From positions 50,864 through 114,863 of the forward strand of contig WSXW01000002.1 in NCBI GenBank assembly GCA_009773495.1: 64,000 bases of DNA, written 5' to 3'. This DNA is from Bacillota bacterium. Lineage in GTDB: Bacteria > Bacillota > UBA994. This document shows, one piece after another, positions 59,587-64,000 of this stretch. Made by a program: the position numbers and the translations under genes. How positions within the stretch are numbered: the first letter of the stretch is position 1; the number at the start of each line of letters is the position of its first letter. Under the pieces are notes generated by a model. That model was not told the origin of the DNA, did no database searches, and saw only the letters and a program-made list of their open reading frames with translations.

Positions 59587-60893
59587 GTTCTTACTTTCAT
59601 TCGGTACAACTTGATGAAAGCAAATGCCGAGGTTGCACCAACTGCATAAAGCGTTGCCCTACCGAGGCTATCCGGGTTCGCAAAGGCAAAGCGCGCATTA
59701 ACAACGCCCGTTGTGTTGACTGTGGGGAGTGCATAAAGGCGTGTCCTAATAGGGCTAAATCAGTGGTTACAGACCAACGTTCAGTGTTGAGCCAGTATAA
59801 GTATACCGTTTGCTTACCAGCTCCCTCCTTCTTTGGGCAGTTCCGCAGCGACCTTTCCTTGGGAAGAGTGATAGGCGCACTGAAACAGGCTGGTTTTACC
59901 CACGTGTTTGAAGTGAGTATCGCAGCTGACATAGTGGCTCAAGCCATTGCGAAGCACCTCGCTTTGAGTGATGGTCCATTCCCGCGTATATCAACTAGCT
60001 GCCCTGCTGTTGTTCGTTTGATTCAGGTGAGATTTCCAGATCTTATAGATCATCTTGTACCGATAGAGGCGCCGATGGAAGTTGCTGCGTATCTCGCTCG
60101 AGAAGAAGTCCGAGCAAAGACAGGTTGCCTTGATAAAGAGATAGGAGTGTTCTTTACTACCCCTTGCCCAGCGAAAGTAACTGCGGTTCACCAGCCAGTA
60201 GGGCAAGGCAAATCCTATCTCAATGGAGCTTTCTCTATGGCAGAAATTTATACGGACGCCTTTCGCCTTTTGCCTAACGTTACTCAGGAAGAAACGGTGC
60301 GGGGTACCGCCCGGGGGCTCAATTGGGCCAGAACTGGTGGGGAGGGTGAGTCTATAACCGCTGATGACTATCTAGCCGTCGACGGCATGCATAACGTCAT
60401 ATCTGTATTAGAGGAGTTAGAACTAGGTCGTTTACGCAACCTCAAGTATATTGAGGGGCAGGCCTGTAACGGCGGCTGCGTAGGGGGAGCCTTGGTTGTG
60501 GAGAATCCATTCATAGCGCGAGTTCGTGTTGCCCGACTAGCGCAGCGGCTCAGTAAAGGTCCTGTGGAGAATTTCGTCATTCCAGATGAAGTGTTAGCAC
60601 TTAGGCAAACCCTCCAGGCACGGCCCTTTTTGCAGCTCGATTCAAATATAGAAATCGCACTGCAAAAGCTAGCCGACCTCGAACAGCTGCTTGGTAAATT
60701 GCCTATGCTTGATTGTGGAGCCTGTGGCGCACCGCACTGTAGAGCTTTGGCAGAAGATATTGTTAGAGAGACAGCCAGTCTGTCAGATTGTGTTTTTTTA
60801 CTGCGTTCCCGACTTAGTGCGCAGATGGTGTCTCAAGATTTAGGCGGTCAGCGCGAGGAAGGTGATGACAATGAATCTAAAGCAAATTGTTGA
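59583..60893 (+). CDS. [FeFe]-hydrogenase-like Fe-S protein (putative sensory type) with N-terminal 2x[4Fe-4S] and C-terminal Fe-S domain
   Basis: CRGCTNC..C / CVDCGEC..CP; STSCP; TPCPAK; EGQACNGGCVGG; DCGACGAPHC. Confidence 0.85.
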   Translation: MSSYFHSVQLDESKCRGCTNCIKRCPTEAIRVRKGKARINNARCVDCGECIKACPNRAKSVVTDQRSVLSQYKYTVCLPAPSFFGQFRSDLSLGRVIGALKQAGFTHVFEVSIAADIVAQAIAKHLALSDGPFPRISTSCPAVVRLIQVRFPDLIDHLVPIEAPMEVAAYLAREEVRAKTGCLDKEIGVFFTTPCPAKVTAVHQPVGQGKSYLNGAFSMAEIYTDAFRLLPNVTQEETVRGTARGLNWARTGGEGESITADDYLAVDGMHNVISVLEELELGRLRNLKYIEGQACNGGCVGGALVVENPFIARVRVARLAQRLSKGPVENFVIPDEVLALRQTLQARPFLQLDSNIEIALQKLADLEQLLGKLPMLDCGACGAPHCRALAEDIVRETASLSDCVFLLRSRLSAQMVSQDLGGQREEGDDNESKANC

Positions 60894-61221
60894 GAGTCTA
60901 GGTCTTAGAGTTCTTGTGGGTGGAGATTTGCTTGATCGGATGGTGTCTGGTGGCTATGTTTCAGACATGCTCAGCGATGTACTCGCCAATGGAACAGTTG
61001 ATTGTCTTTGGATTACTAGGCAGTCGCACCAAAACGTGATTGCTGTAGCCTCCCTGTTAGGGCTGGCTGGAGTGATTCTTGTGAATTGTCCTGAGCCTGC
61101 TCCCGCTTTGGTTGAAAAGGCCAAGGAGGAAGGCGTGGCGCTCTTGATGTATGAAGGTACAACCTTTGAGTTGGTTGGCACAATGTATGAGGAGGGCCTC
61201 AGGGGGTGTAAGCGTGCCTAA
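60871..61221 (+). CDS. DRTGG domain protein
   Basis: GGYVSDMLSDVLA..., LWIT.Q.H.NVIAVA. Confidence 0.85.
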   Translation: MNLKQIVESLGLRVLVGGDLLDRMVSGGYVSDMLSDVLANGTVDCLWITRQSHQNVIAVASLLGLAGVILVNCPEPAPALVEKAKEEGVALLMYEGTTFELVGTMYEEGLRGCKRA

Positions 61222-61921
61222 GGTCCGCTGTGACCTTCATATACACACCGCTTTATCACCGTGTGCCGCTCCAGAGATGACCCCGAAGAATATTGTCAAT
61301 ATGGCAACTCTAGCGGGTGCAAGTGTAATTGCTATTACAGATCACAATTCTGTACGTAACGTTTGGGCAGTTACCGCGGCGGCAGGGAACAAGCTAGTGG
61401 TTATCCCTGGCATGGAGGTGTGGACACGAGAAGATGTGCACCTGTTATGCCTTTTCCCACACTTAATGGCGGCGGAGACTTTTGGTCGTAAAGTTTATGC
61501 GGCTTTGCCTAATCGCCGCGGCGATGCGGATTTGTTTGGGCAGCAATATCTTTTTGACAGCGAGAACAAAATCATCGGGTGGGAGGAGCGCCTGCTGCTT
61601 TCACCAGTAGAGCTAAGCATAGATGACGCCTGCAAAGAGGTGACGCTTTTAGGGGGGGTGGTAATACCAGCCCATGTAGATAGAACTTATAGTGTCGTTA
61701 CGCAGTTAGGTTTTATACCTCCACACCTGCCCATAGGTTTAGTAGAAGTATCAAGGCGAGGCAAACAGCCAGAGAAGGTACGCGCATACCCGTACGTTAC
61801 TAATTCTGACGCCCACAGCCTAGCAGCATTAGCCGGGAGCATACCATGGGAATTGGAAGTGGCTGTCTCTACAATAGAAGGCGTAATTGAAGCGTTAAGG
61901 CTTAAAATTAAGCAACGCTAA
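61214..61921 (+). CDS. PHP domain phosphoesterase
   Basis: DLHIHT.LSPC, AITDHN, GME, PAHVDR, SDAH. Confidence 0.9.
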   Translation: MPKVRCDLHIHTALSPCAAPEMTPKNIVNMATLAGASVIAITDHNSVRNVWAVTAAAGNKLVVIPGMEVWTREDVHLLCLFPHLMAAETFGRKVYAALPNRRGDADLFGQQYLFDSENKIIGWEERLLLSPVELSIDDACKEVTLLGGVVIPAHVDRTYSVVTQLGFIPPHLPIGLVEVSRRGKQPEKVRAYPYVTNSDAHSLAALAGSIPWELEVAVSTIEGVIEALRLKIKQR

Positions 61922-61957
61922 CGGGGCATTACATGTCCCGTAATATAATTAATTACC

Positions 61958-61975
61958 TAGTGAAATATTTCACCC
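61958..61975. promoter_or_regulatory. Rex-like operator upstream of the hydrogenase/NADH dehydrogenase subunits
   Basis: TAGTGAA-ATAT-TTCACCC versus TTGTGAA-N4-TTCACAA, just downstream of a TATAAT. Confidence 0.55.
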
Positions 61976-61997
61976 AGAAAGTTAAGGAGGTAACAAG

Positions 61998-62489
61998 ATG
62001 ACTGATCAATGTAAATGTTGTTCATTTAAGGAAACCGACCCGCGTTGGCTGGAGCTAGAACGTATTTTAGAGCCGTGCCGGGGGGACACAGGTGCCTTAA
62101 TCCAGGCTCTACACAAGGCTCAAGACCTTTTCGGGTTTGTATCACCCGAAGTACAGGAGAAGGTAGCAGAAGTGCTCAATGTTCCGCTAAGCGAGGTATA
62201 TGGCGTGGCTACTTTCTATTCTCTGTTTTCTCTTAAGCCTCGCGGTGAGAATAAAATCGGTGTATGTTTAGGTACTGCGTGTTACGTGCGCGGCGCAGCG
62301 CAAGTGCTAGCTGAGCTAGAGAAACAATTAAACATCAAGCTTAACGATACAACGCAAGACGGCAAGTTTACTTTAGAAATAACCCGCTGTATTGGCGCTT
62401 GTGGCCTTGCGCCCGTTATAACTATTAACGAAGATGTATATGGTCGTCTGCAACCCGACAAAATCAAGGAAATACTGGATAAGTATTAA
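61998..62489 (+). CDS. NuoE-like [2Fe-2S] subunit (HydC/HndA type)
   Basis: VYGVATFYS.F; CLGTAC; CIGACGLAP. Confidence 0.93.
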   Translation: MTDQCKCCSFKETDPRWLELERILEPCRGDTGALIQALHKAQDLFGFVSPEVQEKVAEVLNVPLSEVYGVATFYSLFSLKPRGENKIGVCLGTACYVRGAAQVLAELEKQLNIKLNDTTQDGKFTLEITRCIGACGLAPVITINEDVYGRLQPDKIKEILDKY

Positions 62490-63034
62490 TGGAAGAACTA
62501 GCCTTACACATCTTAGACCTAGTACAGAACTGCGCCGAGGCCGGAGCATCCATGGTGGAGATTACCATCATTGAAGACTTTAGCTCTAATCTCTTATTGA
62601 TTGAGATTAGAGATAACGGTAGGGGCATGAGCCCAGAAGTCTTGGCTAATGTTGAAGACCCCTTCTTCACAACGCGCACAACTCGCCATGTGGGATTAGG
62701 CATTCCTTTGCTCAAGGCAGCAGCAGAACAGGCCGGGGGTAGCTTCGTAATTACCTCATCGCCTGGTAAAGGCACAACAGTAAGAGCTGAATTTGAGCAT
62801 GATAATATCGACCGCGCGCCTCTTGGGAGCGTGTGTGATACCGTTGTTGCGCTCCTCGCTGTACATCCCCGCTTAGATCTCGTGTATACCCACAGTGTAA
62901 ACGGCACGGAGTTCGTGTTAGACGGTAGAGAAATTAGGGAGATCTGTGGGGAGGACCTAAACCACCCTAAGATTATTCAGTGGCTTAAAAGCTACATCGC
63001 TGAACAGGAAAAACAGTTAGGAGGAGACCAATGA
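62489..63034 (+). CDS. Stand-alone HATPase_c (histidine kinase-like ATPase)
   Basis: ELALHILDLVQN, DNGRGM, DPFFTTR, GLGIP, GKGT. Confidence 0.88.
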   Translation: MEELALHILDLVQNCAEAGASMVEITIIEDFSSNLLLIEIRDNGRGMSPEVLANVEDPFFTTRTTRHVGLGIPLLKAAAEQAGGSFVITSSPGKGTTVRAEFEHDNIDRAPLGSVCDTVVALLAVHPRLDLVYTHSVNGTEFVLDGREIREICGEDLNHPKIIQWLKSYIAEQEKQLGGDQ

Positions 63035-63387
63035 AAACTGTAGAAGACCTGCGCAAATTGCGTGAAGAAGTCCAACAGATGACCAAACTCCGGGACGGAG
63101 GAGCAGAGGTGAAAATTGTTGTAGGCATGGGCACGTGTGGCATTGCCGCCGGGGCTAGAGAAACATTAAACGCTTTCGTTCAGGAGATTGCCGTAAAATC
63201 TTTGTCAGGTGTTGTAGTAACACAAGCAGGGTGCGTCGGCCTGTGTGACAGGGAGCCTATTGTAGAAGTGAATGCAAAAGACGGCAGAACCATCTATGCC
63301 CGTGTTACACCCGAGAAAGCACGGCGTATTATCTCAGAGCATGTTCAAGGTGGCCGAGTCATTGAAGACTGGGTTACCCGTAACTAG
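63031..63387 (+). CDS. Thioredoxin-like [2Fe-2S] ferredoxin (HydD/HndB type)
   Basis: [12 protein letters not shown]; GCVGLC..EP. Confidence 0.9.
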   Translation: MKTVEDLRKLREEVQQMTKLRDGGAEVKIVVGMGTCGIAAGARETLNAFVQEIAVKSLSGVVVTQAGCVGLCDREPIVEVNAKDGRTIYARVTPEKARRIISEHVQGGRVIEDWVTRN

Positions 63388-63398
63388 GAGGGGTGACC

Positions 63399-64000
63399 GT
63401 GAATCTATATAGAGCGCATGTATTGGTATGTGCGGGTGCTGGTTGTGTATCTTCGGGCTGCCAAGACACCCAGAATGCACTGATAGACGAGATAGCAAAG
63501 CAGGGACTAGATAGAGAAATAAAAGTCATCGAGACAGGTTGTATCGGTACCTGTGACCTAGGACCGGTAATTGTGGTTTACCCTGAGGGGGTCTTTTATC
63601 GTAAGGTCGGAGCCGATGGTGCTAGAGAAATAGTAAAAGAGCATCTGTTAAAGGGGCGCGTTGTAAATAGTCTGCTTTATCGCAACCCCTTAACCAGTCA
63701 ATTAGTTCAGACATACGGAGAGATGGAATTCTTTAATCGTCAATTGCGTGTCGCGCTACGCAACACGGGTATAATAAACCCGGACGTCATTGAGGAGTAC
63801 ATTGCACGCGATGGGTACGAAGCACTAGCTAGGGTTCTGACGACTATGAGCCGTGAAGATGTTATCTCGACCCTTAAACAGTCTGGGTTAAGAGGACGAG
63901 GTGGCGCAGGCTTCCCTACAGGCTTGAAGTGGCAGTTTGCTTACAATGAGGCCGGACCAGTCAAGTACGTGGTCTGTAATGCCGACGAGGGCGACCCCGG
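63399..64000 (+). CDS. NuoF-like FMN/NADH-binding subunit (HydB/HndC type), truncated at the window end
   Basis: GTG after AGGAGGG; [16 protein letters not shown]...[10 protein letters not shown]...[17 protein letters not shown]...CNADEGDP; absent from the ORF track because there is no stop in the window. Confidence 0.93.
   Translation, partial: MNLYRAHVLVCAGAGCVSSGCQDTQNALIDEIAKQGLDREIKVIETGCIGTCDLGPVIVVYPEGVFYRKVGADGAREIVKEHLLKGRVVNSLLYRNPLTSQLVQTYGEMEFFNRQLRVALRNTGIINPDVIEEYIARDGYEALARVLTTMSREDVISTLKQSGLRGRGGAGFPTGLKWQFAYNEAGPVKYVVCNADEGDP

Overview
This is a 64-kb chromosomal window from an anaerobic, endospore-forming Bacillota (Firmicutes) bacterium; the evidence is GerM, LonB, a T-box, sigH/sigF/sigG/sigK-like promoter motifs and an [FeFe]-hydrogenase-type operon. 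The left half is a mix of accessory genes: an ABC exporter, an MCP, three HD-GYP proteins, a deoxyhypusine-synthase-like enzyme, an ECF sigma operon, and many peptidases and amidases. The right half is the conserved block marR-murI-gerM-rph-rdgB-phosphoesterase-3 tRNAs-tig-clpP-clpX-lonB-lon-engB ... valS-folC. A hydrogenase regulatory and catalytic cluster follows it and runs off the window end. Most notable: (1) a group IIC intron inserted exactly between the valS T-box terminator and the valS RBS, with a frameshifted maturase domain and an apparently rearranged ribozyme domain I; (2) a second, decayed 3' fragment of a related intron near 4.94-5.07 kb; (3) at least six intergenic mosaics of 7-nt tandem repeats that share modules across loci, one next to two GTAG-REP-like hairpins; (4) a membrane-anchored APH-fold pseudokinase upstream of valS; (5) a six-repeat GRxGG protein with a possible tubby/LURP-like barrel architecture; (6) small ORFs missed by the ORF track. 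No CRISPR array, rRNA, prophage or intact transposase was seen. All family assignments come from reading motifs by eye; no database searches were run.
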